Shown: piece by piece, positions 23,233 to 33,218 of the stretch | Numbering within the stretch: position 1 is the stretch's first letter | Layout: every line of letters begins with the position of its first letter | DNA from: an uncultured Alphaproteobacteria bacterium | Lineage (GTDB): Bacteria > Pseudomonadota > Alphaproteobacteria > HIMB59 | NCBI GenBank assembly: GCA_902524245.1 | Contig: CABZCN010000005.1 | Span: 1,101-65,100 of the forward strand | Length of the DNA: 64,000 nucleotides | Direction: 5' to 3' | Made by a program: the position numbers and the translations under genes | Notes under the pieces: generated by a model | What the model saw: the letters and a program-made list of their open reading frames with translations, nothing else | Told to the model about the DNA's origin: nothing | Database searches by the model: none

Positions 23233-24333
23233 TTGAATAAAATATTCAATTTAATAAAAATTTTTTCTATAAATCAAAAAGACCATATTTTTATTTATTC
23301 CGAAGATAGTAATTATTGGGTACATTTAGAACCTTTAATTACATCAATACTAAATTATGAATCCTTAAGTATAATTTATATTTCTTCAAATAGAGAAGAC
23401 CTTGGATTAAAATTTAAACATATAAATTTCAAATCATTTTATTTAGGATTTGGGGCTATTTTAACTTGGTTTTTTAAGAATATTGACTGTAAAATAATGA
23501 TTACAAGTTCACCCGATCTTGATAATTTTCACTTTAAAAAATCTAAAAATAATGTTCATTACATATATACTCAACATTCTTTATGCAGCTTACATTCAAT
23601 TTATAATCATAATGCATTTAAAGCTTATGATACAATTTTTTGTTCTACAGAAAATCATATAATTGAGGGTGAAAAATTATTTCTTGAATTCAAAAAAAAA
23701 CCAATTTTATTTAAACACGGTTATGATAGGCTTTTAACATTACCTGCAAAAATAAATAATTTAAATTTAAAAAATAAGGTTATTCTTATATCTCCTAGTT
23801 GGGGATCATCGTCTTTACTTATGGATAAAGATAAATTAACTGGTTTAATTGAAGCGTTATTAAAAAATGAGCATAAAGTTATTTTGAGACCCCACCATAT
23901 GACATTTCGAAATGAGGAAAATTACATTATTAGTATTGAGAAAAAATTTTCAGAATTTAAAAATTTTTCACTTGAAAAAGGAAATTTTGACTCAAAATCG
24001 TTGGCTAAAGCTGATGTGCTAGTAACTGACTACTCTGGGGTAGGTTTTGAGTATTACTATAAATATAGAGGTTTAGTGATTTTCATTGATACCGGAAAAT
24101 TAAAAATAAATAACCCTAATTTTGAAAAATTTTGTTTACCTGCGTTTGAAATAATTAATAGATCAAAGATTGGTTATGTAATTAAGTATGATAATTTAAG
24201 TGAAATTTTATCTACTATAATAAATAGACCTCCTAAATTGATGGAAACTAATCCTATTTTTAACACAAAAAATAGTAACGAAATTGGAGCCAAATACGTA
24301 AAGGAACTCTTTGATAAGTTATCTATTAGTTGA
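23233..24333 (+). CDS. CDP-glycerol:glycerophosphotransferase family protein (TagF/TagB-like)
   Basis: YTQHS, GYDR, LISPSWG, LRPHH and ADVLVTDYSGVGFEY match the TagF-family motifs (YAPTW, xHP, lItDYSSvxfd); TTG start. Confidence 0.7.
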   Translation: MNKIFNLIKIFSINQKDHIFIYSEDSNYWVHLEPLITSILNYESLSIIYISSNREDLGLKFKHINFKSFYLGFGAILTWFFKNIDCKIMITSSPDLDNFHFKKSKNNVHYIYTQHSLCSLHSIYNHNAFKAYDTIFCSTENHIIEGEKLFLEFKKKPILFKHGYDRLLTLPAKINNLNLKNKVILISPSWGSSSLLMDKDKLTGLIEALLKNEHKVILRPHHMTFRNEENYIISIEKKFSEFKNFSLEKGNFDSKSLAKADVLVTDYSGVGFEYYYKYRGLVIFIDTGKLKINNPNFEKFCLPAFEIINRSKIGYVIKYDNLSEILSTIINRPPKLMETNPIFNTKNSNEIGAKYVKELFDKLSIS

Positions 24334-24550
24334 TACATAAGATAGTTATAATTTCATTAAAGAAATAAGAACTAAATTACCAACAAAATTTTTTTTTGTA
24401 TTTATAAGATTGATTACTTATTAATATACAATTTTAAAGAACAAAATTAGAAATTTGAGCAAGATCTAATCTAAAATATTGTCTTTAAAATAAATATTCA
24501 TTACTACATATAATTGATTATTTTCAATACTTGCATTAAGTTAATAATTA

Positions 24551-25078
24551 ATGACTCAGGATATAGATCAATTTGGAAGAGACACTACAAATGATAACAC
24601 TAAAAATTTAGACGAAGAAAAGTCAAAACAAATATTAGACTCATTAGCTGAAATTAAAGATCAACTAGAAAATAAAGAATATAAACCAAATACTGAAGAC
24701 TCTAAACCAAAAATAAAAGTCGTTAATTCAAATAGCAACTCAGATTTTGATGAAATAAGAATAAAAATTGAATACTTAGAAAAAAAACTTAATTCTATTG
24801 ATATATATCTAAAAGATGAATCAAATAAAATAGGATTTGATAAGCCGATGTCTCAGCAGCTTGATGGGAATTTAAGTGTTTTTCATCAATTTGATAACCA
24901 ATCATCAATACAACAGAATAAATCAGTACTTGTTCTTGAAAATGAGAGTGATTTTCATAAATCAAATTTTAATTTATTTCGTTTTATAATGACAATAAAC
25001 ACTCTCTTTTTAGTGCTGATTGGACTAATTGTTTACATAAAAAATATTCCATTAAAAGATATTCTAAAAATATTTTAA
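24551..25078 (+). CDS. Hypothetical protein, charged/coiled-coil N-terminus and C-terminal TM anchor
   Basis: 175 aa ORF; C-terminal hydrophobic helix FIMTINTLFLVLIGLIVYI. Confidence 0.6.
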   Translation: MTQDIDQFGRDTTNDNTKNLDEEKSKQILDSLAEIKDQLENKEYKPNTEDSKPKIKVVNSNSNSDFDEIRIKIEYLEKKLNSIDIYLKDESNKIGFDKPMSQQLDGNLSVFHQFDNQSSIQQNKSVLVLENESDFHKSNFNLFRFIMTINTLFLVLIGLIVYIKNIPLKDILKIF

Positions 25079-25082
25079 GACT

Positions 25083-27845
25083 TTAATTAACTGTAGCTTG
25101 TATTTTCTCAACATTCGCTGCACTGAATTTAAATTCAGGAATTTTACCAATCGGATCTAATTGTGGGTTAGTAAGAACATTTGCAGCTGCTTCAGCAAAA
25201 CAAAAAGGAATGAAAACCATTCCCTCTGGAATTTCTTTATCACTCCTTACTTTAATTGCAAGTGAGCCTCTTTTAGTTTTAACCAAAACTTGATCTCCAG
25301 GGTTGATTGTCATTCTTTTCATGTCCCATCTATTCATACTAATAATTGCCTCTGGTTCGATATGGTCTAATACGGAAGCTCTTCTTGTCATTGAACCTGT
25401 GTGCCAATGTTCTAAAAGTCTACCTGTTGTTAAGATCATTGGGAAGTCATCATCAGGTAACTCAGCAGGTGGTATTAGCTTAGCTGGAACTATTTTACCT
25501 CTTCCATTCGCTGTTGGAAAATTCTCATTAAAAATAATTTCGTTTCCAGGTTTATTAGGATCATCACAAGGGTATGTTACAGAGTTTTCATTTTCTAGTC
25601 TTTCGTAGGTAATATTTTTTAAAGAAGGCATTACTTGGGCCATTTCATTGAAAATATCTCTTGGATGTAGATAGCTCCAATCTAAACCCATACCTTGAGC
25701 TATAGCTTGAGTAATCCACCAATCCTGTCTCGCTGAACCAGGAGGTGGCACTGCTTGGCGACCCAATTGAACTTGTCTGTTAGTGTTTGTGTAGGTTCCA
25801 GTTTTTTCAGCATGGGCTGATGATGGTAAGATTACATCTGCATGCCAGGCAGTTTCAGTCATAAAGATATCTTGAACAACTAAATGATCTAATTTAGCTA
25901 ATGCAGCTCTTGCATGATTTTGATCAGGATCAGACATTGCAGGGTTTTCGCCCATAATATACATACCTTTGATCTCATCTTCTAAAATTTTGTTAATAAC
26001 TTCAACAACGGTTAAACCTTTTTTATCATCAAGGCCTGTCTTCCAAAAATTTTCATATTTTTGATGAATACTTCCATCTTCAACTGACTGGTAATCAGGA
26101 AAGACCATTGGAATTAATCCAGCGTCAGATGCACCTTGAACATTGTTTTGACCTCTTAAAGGGTGTAGACCTGTGCCTTCTCTTCCAATCTGTCCTGTAG
26201 TTAAAGCTAAAGCAATTAAACATCTAGCATTATCTGTTCCATGAACATGCTGAGATACACCCATACCCCAAAAGATAATGGACCTTTCTGATTTAGCATA
26301 AAGTCTAGCAACTTCTCTTAACTCTTGGGCTTTGATGCCACAAATGGCTTCCATTTTTTCAGGTGAAAAATCTTTTATTTCTTCTTGTAATTTTTCAAAA
26401 CCCTCAGTTTGTCCTTGAATATATTGTTCGTCATAAAGCCTCTCTTCAACAATGGTGTACAAAAGTGCATTGAGCATTGCAACATCAGTGCCTGCTTTAA
26501 ATTGTAAGTTGAAGGTAGCATGTTTTGTTAAACCTTGTTTTCTTGGATCCATAACAACTAACTTTGAACCTCTTTTTGCTGCACGTTTTAGATAAGTTGC
26601 TGCAACAGGATGGTTTTCTGTAGGCCTTGCACCAATAACAATGATACAGTCAGCATCAGATGCGGACATAAAAGGAGCTGATACAGCCCCAGAGTTTACA
26701 CATTCCATCAGTGCTGCAACAGAAGATGCGTGACAAAGTCTAGTACAGTGATCTACGTTATTTGATCCAAAACCAACTCTAACCAATTTTTGAAATAAGT
26801 AAGCCTCCTCGTTAGAACACTTTGCTGAACCAAAACCAGCTAAACTTTTTGGTCCATGATCTTCTTTTAAATTTAAAAGACCAGATGAAGCTCTTTCTAT
26901 TGCATCTTCCCAAGTTGTCTCTTCAAAATAATCATAGATATCAGCATCTTTAATTTCAAGATTTGGGTCTTTTTTAACACCAGCTTTTCTAATTAATGGT
27001 TTAGTGAGTCTTCCATCATGATTGATATAGTCAAAACCAAATCTACCTTTAACGCATAGCCTATTTTCATTAGCAGGTCCATTTTTACCATCCACGTACA
27101 AAATTTTATCGTCTTTTACGTGTACTTCAGTTTGACATCCTACACCACAATAAGGACAAACACTCTCTACGACTTTATCTGAATAAGACTCTCTTTTTCC
27201 CTGATCATCAACTAATGAAGACTCCATTAATGCTCCTGTTGGACAAGCTTGGACACACTCTCCACAAGCTACACAAGTGCTATTGCCCATTGGGTCATCC
27301 AAATCAAATATTACCTTCGCAGTTGACCCTCTATAGGCCATTCCGATAACGTCGTTTACTTGTACCTCACGGCAAGCGCGAACACATAGATTACAATTTA
27401 TACAAGCATCTAAATTAACACTCATCGCTTTATGAGATCTATCTAATTCTATTTTTTCTTTACCAGGAAAACGACTATCGCTAACGCCTAATTTCTCAGA
27501 CCAGTTCCAAAATTTTGACTCAGGGTCAGGAGAATTATTTTTTTCTGGTTGGTCAGACACAAGAAGTTCAAAAACCATAGATCTTGATTTTTCTGCTCTT
27601 GGAGAATTTACTGTGACTTCCATGCCTTCGGTAGGTTTACGAATACATGATGCTGCAAGGGTTCTTTCACCTTTAATTTCAACCATACAGGCTCTACAAT
27701 TTCCGTCTGCTCGATAACCCGGCTCAGGTGAGTAACATAGGTGAGGAATATCAATATTATTTTTTTTTGCGACATCCCAAATAGACTCTTCTTTATTTGC
27801 TAAATATTCGTTGCCGTCAATTTTAAATTTAATATTATCAGTCAT
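25083..27845 (-). CDS. fdhF: NAD-dependent formate dehydrogenase alpha subunit (Mo/W-bis-MGD, Fe-S)
   Basis: N-terminal 2Fe-2S (HLC...CRACMV...C), 4Fe-4S motifs CINCNLCVRAC and CVACGECVQACP, CPYCGVGC, active-site RLCH (Cys, codon TGT), LRGQNNVQG. Confidence 0.95.
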   Translation of the reverse strand: MTDNIKFKIDGNEYLANKEESIWDVAKKNNIDIPHLCYSPEPGYRADGNCRACMVEIKGERTLAASCIRKPTEGMEVTVNSPRAEKSRSMVFELLVSDQPEKNNSPDPESKFWNWSEKLGVSDSRFPGKEKIELDRSHKAMSVNLDACINCNLCVRACREVQVNDVIGMAYRGSTAKVIFDLDDPMGNSTCVACGECVQACPTGALMESSLVDDQGKRESYSDKVVESVCPYCGVGCQTEVHVKDDKILYVDGKNGPANENRLCVKGRFGFDYINHDGRLTKPLIRKAGVKKDPNLEIKDADIYDYFEETTWEDAIERASSGLLNLKEDHGPKSLAGFGSAKCSNEEAYLFQKLVRVGFGSNNVDHCTRLCHASSVAALMECVNSGAVSAPFMSASDADCIIVIGARPTENHPVAATYLKRAAKRGSKLVVMDPRKQGLTKHATFNLQFKAGTDVAMLNALLYTIVEERLYDEQYIQGQTEGFEKLQEEIKDFSPEKMEAICGIKAQELREVARLYAKSERSIIFWGMGVSQHVHGTDNARCLIALALTTGQIGREGTGLHPLRGQNNVQGASDAGLIPMVFPDYQSVEDGSIHQKYENFWKTGLDDKKGLTVVEVINKILEDEIKGMYIMGENPAMSDPDQNHARAALAKLDHLVVQDIFMTETAWHADVILPSSAHAEKTGTYTNTNRQVQLGRQAVPPPGSARQDWWITQAIAQGMGLDWSYLHPRDIFNEMAQVMPSLKNITYERLENENSVTYPCDDPNKPGNEIIFNENFPTANGRGKIVPAKLIPPAELPDDDFPMILTTGRLLEHWHTGSMTRRASVLDHIEPEAIISMNRWDMKRMTINPGDQVLVKTKRGSLAIKVRSDKEIPEGMVFIPFCFAEAAANVLTNPQLDPIGKIPEFKFSAANVEKIQATVN

Positions 27846-29542
27846 TAGTTGGTTACCTCCTCTGGGAAGTGTTTAATAACAGAGAGCATTGGGTTTGGAG
27901 CTGCTTGTCCTAAACCACATATAGAGGAGTCCATCATTGCTGATGATAATTCTTTTAAAAGGCCTACATCCCAAGATGATTGGTTCATGAGTTTAAGAGC
28001 TTTTTCAGTTCCATTTCTACATGGAGTACATTGACCACAACTTTCATCATGAAAAAAGAACATTAAATTTTTTGCAATATCCTTCATGTTATCTCTATCA
28101 GATAAAACAACTACAGCAGCAGAACCAATAAAACAGCCATGCTCTTGTAATGTGTCAAAATCAAGCGGAATATTATCTAATTTTGCAGGAAGTATTCCTC
28201 CAGAGGCCCCTCCAGGTAAGTATGCTTTAAATTTATGCCCATCTTGAATACCACCACAGTATTCATCAATTAGTTGCTTTATTGTGATCCCTGCTGGAGC
28301 TAGCTTTACACCAGGGTTTTTTACCCTTCCCGATACAGAGAACGTTCTTAAACCTTTTCTACCATTGAGACCATGACTACTGAACCAGACAGCACCTTTT
28401 TCCAAAATCTCTCTTACCCAAAAAACTGTTTCAACATTATGTATTAATGTTGGTCTACCAAACAGTCCCACTTGAGATGGAAAGGGAGGTTTATGTCTAG
28501 GTAGTCCTCTTTTACCTTCTAAACTTTCTAACATTGATGACTCTTCACCACAAATGTAAGCACCAGCACCCCTTCTAAAATGTATTCTGGTTTTAACATT
28601 TAAATTGTTTTCTTCTAAAATTTTAATTTCTTTCTTTAAAAACTTTATCACATCAGGGTACTCATCTCGCATGTATATATATACATCTGTTGCCTCAACT
28701 ACCCATGCTGCAATTAGCATTCCCTCAAGAAATCTATGTGGATCTCTTGTAAGATAATGATGATCTTTAAATGTTCCTGGTTCACCCTCATCACCATTAA
28801 TTGCCATTAACCTGGGTTTATCTTCTGCTCTTACAAATCTCCATTTTCTTCCAGTTGGAAATCCTGCTCCACCAAGACCTCTCAAACCTGATTGCTCCAT
28901 TTCTTCTATGAGCTTCATCGGGTCTTTTTTATTTTCAATACAATCCTTTAGAATTTTATATCCACCTTTTTTTACATAATCGTCGTAGCTAATATAATTT
29001 GGTATAACTGGTTTTGTATCTTGCTCCTTTAAGGCTTTTTGAACTAAACTTACATCTGCGTTTACGAAATGTTTTTTTCCTACCTCAACTACTGGTGCTT
29101 GGTGACACCTTCCCATACAAGGTGCTCTAACTACTCTCACATTAGAAGATACACTATCATTCAAATTTTTTTCTAAAGTTTTGCATCCGTTCATCTCACA
29201 TGTAATACCATCACAGACTCTAATTGTTGTTTCAGGAGGGCTAATATCATCCTCTTTATAAATATCAAAGTGAGCATAAAATGATGCTGTTTCGTAAATT
29301 TCAGTTAAAGGTAAATTTGTTAATTCGGACAGTGCTGTTAAATGTTTCGGTTTGAGACATTTATAATGGTCTTGAATTAAGTGAAGGCTTTCAATAAGCA
29401 TATCTCTTTGTCTAAAATAATCATTAGGTATAAGGTTTTTAAGATCATCAATTGACTGGTCGTCACTTTGGCGACCCTTGTTGAATTCTAGAGCTTTTCT
29501 TCTACCAGAACCTGGATGTATTTTACTTTGTGAGTCTTTCAT
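27845..29542 (-). CDS. Formate dehydrogenase beta (diaphorase) subunit, NuoE-NuoF fusion
   Basis: N-terminal CDGITC...CMGRC 2Fe-2S, GLRGLGGAGFPTG, DEGEPGTFKD, GAYICGEES, ESCGQCTPCR...CGLG. Confidence 0.92.
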   Translation of the reverse strand: MKDSQSKIHPGSGRRKALEFNKGRQSDDQSIDDLKNLIPNDYFRQRDMLIESLHLIQDHYKCLKPKHLTALSELTNLPLTEIYETASFYAHFDIYKEDDISPPETTIRVCDGITCEMNGCKTLEKNLNDSVSSNVRVVRAPCMGRCHQAPVVEVGKKHFVNADVSLVQKALKEQDTKPVIPNYISYDDYVKKGGYKILKDCIENKKDPMKLIEEMEQSGLRGLGGAGFPTGRKWRFVRAEDKPRLMAINGDEGEPGTFKDHHYLTRDPHRFLEGMLIAAWVVEATDVYIYMRDEYPDVIKFLKKEIKILEENNLNVKTRIHFRRGAGAYICGEESSMLESLEGKRGLPRHKPPFPSQVGLFGRPTLIHNVETVFWVREILEKGAVWFSSHGLNGRKGLRTFSVSGRVKNPGVKLAPAGITIKQLIDEYCGGIQDGHKFKAYLPGGASGGILPAKLDNIPLDFDTLQEHGCFIGSAAVVVLSDRDNMKDIAKNLMFFFHDESCGQCTPCRNGTEKALKLMNQSSWDVGLLKELSSAMMDSSICGLGQAAPNPMLSVIKHFPEEVTN

Positions 29543-29549
29543 TTGTTAT

Positions 29550-29602
29550 AATGTAATAATTTTTTATTAAGTTTCAATTATCAATAAGTAATTAATTGAT
29601 AA
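29550..29602 (-). promoter_or_regulatory. Candidate fdh promoter with upstream inverted repeat (putative LysR operator)
   Basis: Minus strand TTGAAA (29577-29572)-N16-TACATT (29555-29550); inverted repeat TTATCAAT-N9-ATTGATAA at 29578-29602. Confidence 0.4.
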
Positions 29603-29605
29603 GTA

Positions 29606-30487
29606 TTACTTATTAAAGCTTTTTAAGAATTTTAAAAAGTTATTTTTAATAGGTGATGGGCGATTATCATCAATATGTACTATGCCTACCTTATGAGATA
29701 TTTCTGGAGAAATTAATTGAATAAAATTTGTATTCTCATCGTAGTTAAATGACTGAGTAAATATATATGGCATAATTGTTGAAAATTCTGAGCTATTTAC
29801 GTGAGAGTAAATGTGAGTCATAGAGTTTGACTCAATTAAAACTCGTGGATTTATATTATTCTCTTTAAAAACAGCATCTAATATTCTTCTAAATTGATTT
29901 TCTTTAGAGATTAAACATAAATCTAAATTGCCAATTTCTTGCCATTTTAATTTCTTTTTATTTTTTAAATTCTTTTTTTTAGATATGAGAAAATATGTTT
30001 CTTTATATAAAGGTATCTTCTCAACTCCTAATATTGGTTCATTTTCTAAATAACTTATCCCTAAGTCTAATTTGAAATCATGAAGATTTTTATCAATTTC
30101 ATTAGAGGACATAGAAATTACTTGCAATTTGACGTTCGTAAATTTTTTAACAAAACTATTTAATAAAAAAGAAACTTCTAATAAAGCAGTGGGGATAACA
30201 CCTATTCTTAAATTTCCAGTTAAATTATTTTTTAACTCAGAGCTTAATTGTTTGATATTAGTATATTCTTTGACAATATTTTTAAATCTTTCCTTTAAAA
30301 TTTCTCCCTCAGAAGTTAATCCAATATAGTTCTTTCCTCTTTTTACTAGTCTTACCCCTATTTCATTTTCTAAAGCCTTTAGCTTCATAGACAAAGCAGG
30401 TTGTGATATTTTTAATTTTTCAGCCGCTCTATTAAAATGTTTTTCACTATCTAAAGCTAAAATAATTTCTAAATTCTTTATTTCCAT
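29606..30487 (-). CDS. LysR-family transcriptional regulator (likely the fdh regulator)
   Basis: N-terminal HTH HFNRAAEKLKISQPALSMKLKALENEIG; 293 aa; directly upstream of the fdh genes. Confidence 0.93.
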   Translation of the reverse strand: MEIKNLEIILALDSEKHFNRAAEKLKISQPALSMKLKALENEIGVRLVKRGKNYIGLTSEGEILKERFKNIVKEYTNIKQLSSELKNNLTGNLRIGVIPTALLEVSFLLNSFVKKFTNVKLQVISMSSNEIDKNLHDFKLDLGISYLENEPILGVEKIPLYKETYFLISKKKNLKNKKKLKWQEIGNLDLCLISKENQFRRILDAVFKENNINPRVLIESNSMTHIYSHVNSSEFSTIMPYIFTQSFNYDENTNFIQLISPEISHKVGIVHIDDNRPSPIKNNFLKFLKSFNK

Positions 30488-30514
30488 GTATTTTTAAAAT
30501 AAATATATATGTAA

Positions 30515-30736
30515 ATGGATTATTATCTAGATACTAAAGGCTTTGAATGCCCTATACCTGTCTTAAAAGCTGAAAAATTTATAAAAAAGTTAAAAAAAAA
30601 TGATGTTCTTACAATAGAAAGTGATGACCCATTATCACAATTTGACTTTAAAAATTTTTGTGAAGAAAAAAAATATGAGATCATTTCACTAAAAAAAAAG
30701 GGTAATTTAGTAAATATCAAATTTAAAATTCAATAA
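30515..30736 (+). CDS. tusA: TusA/SirA-family sulfurtransferase
   Basis: LDTKGFECPIPVLKA (CPxP motif), SDDPLSQFDF; 73 aa. Confidence 0.9.
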   Translation: MDYYLDTKGFECPIPVLKAEKFIKKLKKNDVLTIESDDPLSQFDFKNFCEEKKYEIISLKKKGNLVNIKFKIQ

Positions 30737-31901
30737 AACTTATCTTTTCGCCTTTTTTAATTTTATCATTTCCTTCTGGGACAAGCGCTAACCCATCTGC
30801 TTCAGAGAGAGAAATTAGTTTAGCAGAACCTTTTGAGTTATGAGTATAAAGTCTATTTTTAGATAATTTCACTCGATAAAATTTTGTTATATTAGATTTT
30901 TTATTTTCTGAAAATCCAGATTGGTAAGATTTGATAATGCTAGAGTTATCTTTGCGAGAAGGATCTATAAATAAACTTACTAAAAAAAATAAATTAGTGA
31001 AAACAGCTAATGGGTTTCCAGGTAGTGAAAAATAATAATTGAATTTTAATTTTGAAAAAATTATAGGTCGACCTGGTTGAATTCTTACATATTTAAAAAG
31101 AAGTTCAGTATTTTGACTTAGAAAAGAAGATATATAATCTTTAGAGCTAAATGAGGAGCCGCCTGAGCTAATTATAATATCAAATTTATTTTGATTTTTT
31201 TTATAAAATTTATCAACTTTTATTTTATCATCTTTTAAAACACCTAAGTCATGAACTCTTATATTAAATTTCTTTAAAAAATGAATTATTTGATATTTAT
31301 TTGAGTCATATGCTTGATGATCTCTTATTTTTTGGCCAGATTTTATTAATTCATTTCCTGTTGATACAACAGCAACTCTCAAAGTTTTATATACCCATAA
31401 ATTTGTAATTCCTACTGATGAAAGTAATGCAATTTTTATAAAATCAATTTTTTCATTTTTTTTTATTAATATTTTATTTTTTTTTAAATCCTCACCTTTT
31501 TTTTTTATATCTTTATTAGATATTTTTGAATACTGGACTAATAGATTTTTCCCCTCAACTTTTGCATTTTCTAATGAAATAAAATTTTTAAAGTTTTGTG
31601 GAATAATACCCCCTGTATTTATTTTATAGGCTAAATTGGGATTTAATTTTTTATATGAATGTCCAGCATTTAGAAGCTTATTTGATATAGATACTTTATT
31701 TAGTTTTTTATTAGAAATAATAAAACCATCTAATCCTGCAGTATTTTGTAAGGGTAGATTTATTGGTGAAGTAATTGTTCTTGATACTACTGCATTATGT
31801 GCTTCCTTTAATTTAATCTTAGACTCTTGAAATAAATTCTTTTTTTCCCGAATAATTATTTTTTGCGCAAGTTTGAAAGATATTAGCCTAGGAGTTTTCA
31901 T
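30723..31901 (-). CDS. moeA: Molybdopterin molybdotransferase
   Basis: AGLDGF, INTGGIIP, VSTGNEL, DSNKY, SSGGSS, QPGRP, LPGNP; ATG 31901 preferred over TTG 31919. Confidence 0.9.
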   Translation of the reverse strand: MKTPRLISFKLAQKIIIREKKNLFQESKIKLKEAHNAVVSRTITSPINLPLQNTAGLDGFIISNKKLNKVSISNKLLNAGHSYKKLNPNLAYKINTGGIIPQNFKNFISLENAKVEGKNLLVQYSKISNKDIKKKGEDLKKNKILIKKNEKIDFIKIALLSSVGITNLWVYKTLRVAVVSTGNELIKSGQKIRDHQAYDSNKYQIIHFLKKFNIRVHDLGVLKDDKIKVDKFYKKNQNKFDIIISSGGSSFSSKDYISSFLSQNTELLFKYVRIQPGRPIIFSKLKFNYYFSLPGNPLAVFTNLFFLVSLFIDPSRKDNSSIIKSYQSGFSENKKSNITKFYRVKLSKNRLYTHNSKGSAKLISLSEADGLALVPEGNDKIKKGEKISFIEF

Positions 31902-32376
31902 AATATATTTTAGAGGCAATTTTTTCTATTTGACTGTGATTAAAGGTCTGAATTGGATGATCGATATTATCGTCTGTAACGATATATTTAACATTATTTA
32001 TAGATTTGTAGAGGTAGTCTTTGTTATTTTTTTGTAAGCTTACTTCTAACTTTATCAAATCATCAAATCTCTTAAACCCTTCAAATATTAACAAATCACA
32101 GTCTTTGTTAATTTCTAAAAGACGTTCTAAATTGATATGTGACTCAGCTTTTTCTTCTATGAATGCAAGTCTTTTATCTGATACTAGTGTAGTTTTATAT
32201 GCTCCGGATTTTCTAATTTTATAACTATCTGTATTAGGATGATCAATGTCAAAAGAGTGGTGAGCATGTTTTACCACACCAACTTTTATTTTCTTTTCTT
32301 TAAAAAATTTTACTAAATTACTCACTAAGGTAGTTTTGCCACTATTTTTCCAACCAATAACAGCTATTGTTTTCAC
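31888..32376 (-). CDS. mobB: Molybdopterin-guanine dinucleotide biosynthesis protein B
   Basis: IGWKNSGKTTL P-loop, KHAHHSFDID, FEGFK; GTG start at 32376. Confidence 0.93.
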   Translation of the reverse strand: MKTIAVIGWKNSGKTTLVSNLVKFFKEKKIKVGVVKHAHHSFDIDHPNTDSYKIRKSGAYKTTLVSDKRLAFIEEKAESHINLERLLEINKDCDLLIFEGFKRFDDLIKLEVSLQKNNKDYLYKSINNVKYIVTDDNIDHPIQTFNHSQIEKIASKIYYENS

Positions 32377-32405
32377 CTTGTCACCATAATACAATCAAGA
32401 AAAAA

Positions 32406-33218
32406 ATGACAGATTTTTTAATCAAACCTAGTGTAAATAACAGATCTTTATTTAAATTAAAAAAATCAATTAATGAAAAAGGCGAAATAACAAAAATACC
32501 AATCATTGAAGAAAAACCACTCACGCTATACTTAAACAACCAAGAAATAGTGACAATAATGACTATAGGAGATTATCCAAAATATTTAGCTATAGGTTAT
32601 TTATTCAATCAGGGAATGCTTAATAGTATAGACGATGTAAAAAAAATTGAGTTTCATAAAGACCTAAAGACAGTTGTTGTAAGAACAAAGAGTAAAACTA
32701 GTTATGAAGAAAAATTAAAGAAGAAAGTAAATACCTCTGGTTGTGCACAAGGGACTGTATTTGGAGACCTATTTGAAGAAATAAACACTATTTCCTTGAA
32801 TAAAAAAATAAGAATAGATCATCAACAGCTTATGAATTTATCCAAAAAAATTAATACTGAGCCAAGTTTATATTTATCTGTAGGTGCAATACACGGTTGC
32901 GTCTTATGCCAGGGAGATAAACCTTTGTATTATTTTGAAGATGTGGGAAGACATAATGCTGTTGATAAAATTGCTGGTTTGATACTTGATAAGAAAATAG
33001 ACGCAAAAGAAATGTCTTTTTACACTACTGGCAGACTGACAAGTGAAATGGTGTTGAAGTGTATCAAAATGGAAATACCAATACTATTATCTCGTTCAGG
33101 TTTCACTGCTTGGGCAGTTGAAATAGCTAGAAAGAAAAATTTAACAATGATTGGAAGAATTAGAGGTAAAAGGCTAAATATTTTATCAGGAGAATTTAGA
33201 TATACCAAAGATGACTAA
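32406..33218 (+). CDS. fdhD: Formate dehydrogenase accessory sulfurtransferase
   Basis: EKPLTLYLN, TSGCAQG, GAIHGC, EDVGRHNAVDK, TTGRLTSEM; ATG 32406 preferred. Confidence 0.95.
   Translation: MTDFLIKPSVNNRSLFKLKKSINEKGEITKIPIIEEKPLTLYLNNQEIVTIMTIGDYPKYLAIGYLFNQGMLNSIDDVKKIEFHKDLKTVVVRTKSKTSYEEKLKKKVNTSGCAQGTVFGDLFEEINTISLNKKIRIDHQQLMNLSKKINTEPSLYLSVGAIHGCVLCQGDKPLYYFEDVGRHNAVDKIAGLILDKKIDAKEMSFYTTGRLTSEMVLKCIKMEIPILLSRSGFTAWAVEIARKKNLTMIGRIRGKRLNILSGEFRYTKDD

Noticed and set aside
24334-24550. Possible small ORF or gene remnant in the 217-bp gap
   Set aside because: Manual translation gave only short open stretches with no start codon or motif.
26730-26760. Possible selenocysteine in formate dehydrogenase
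   Set aside because: The active-site codon in RLCH is TGT (Cys) and the ORF is uninterrupted.
32367-32405. Track's overlapping N-termini of mobB and fdhD
   Set aside because: Family-typical starts are GTG 32376 and ATG 32406, which leaves a 29-bp divergent gap and no overlap.
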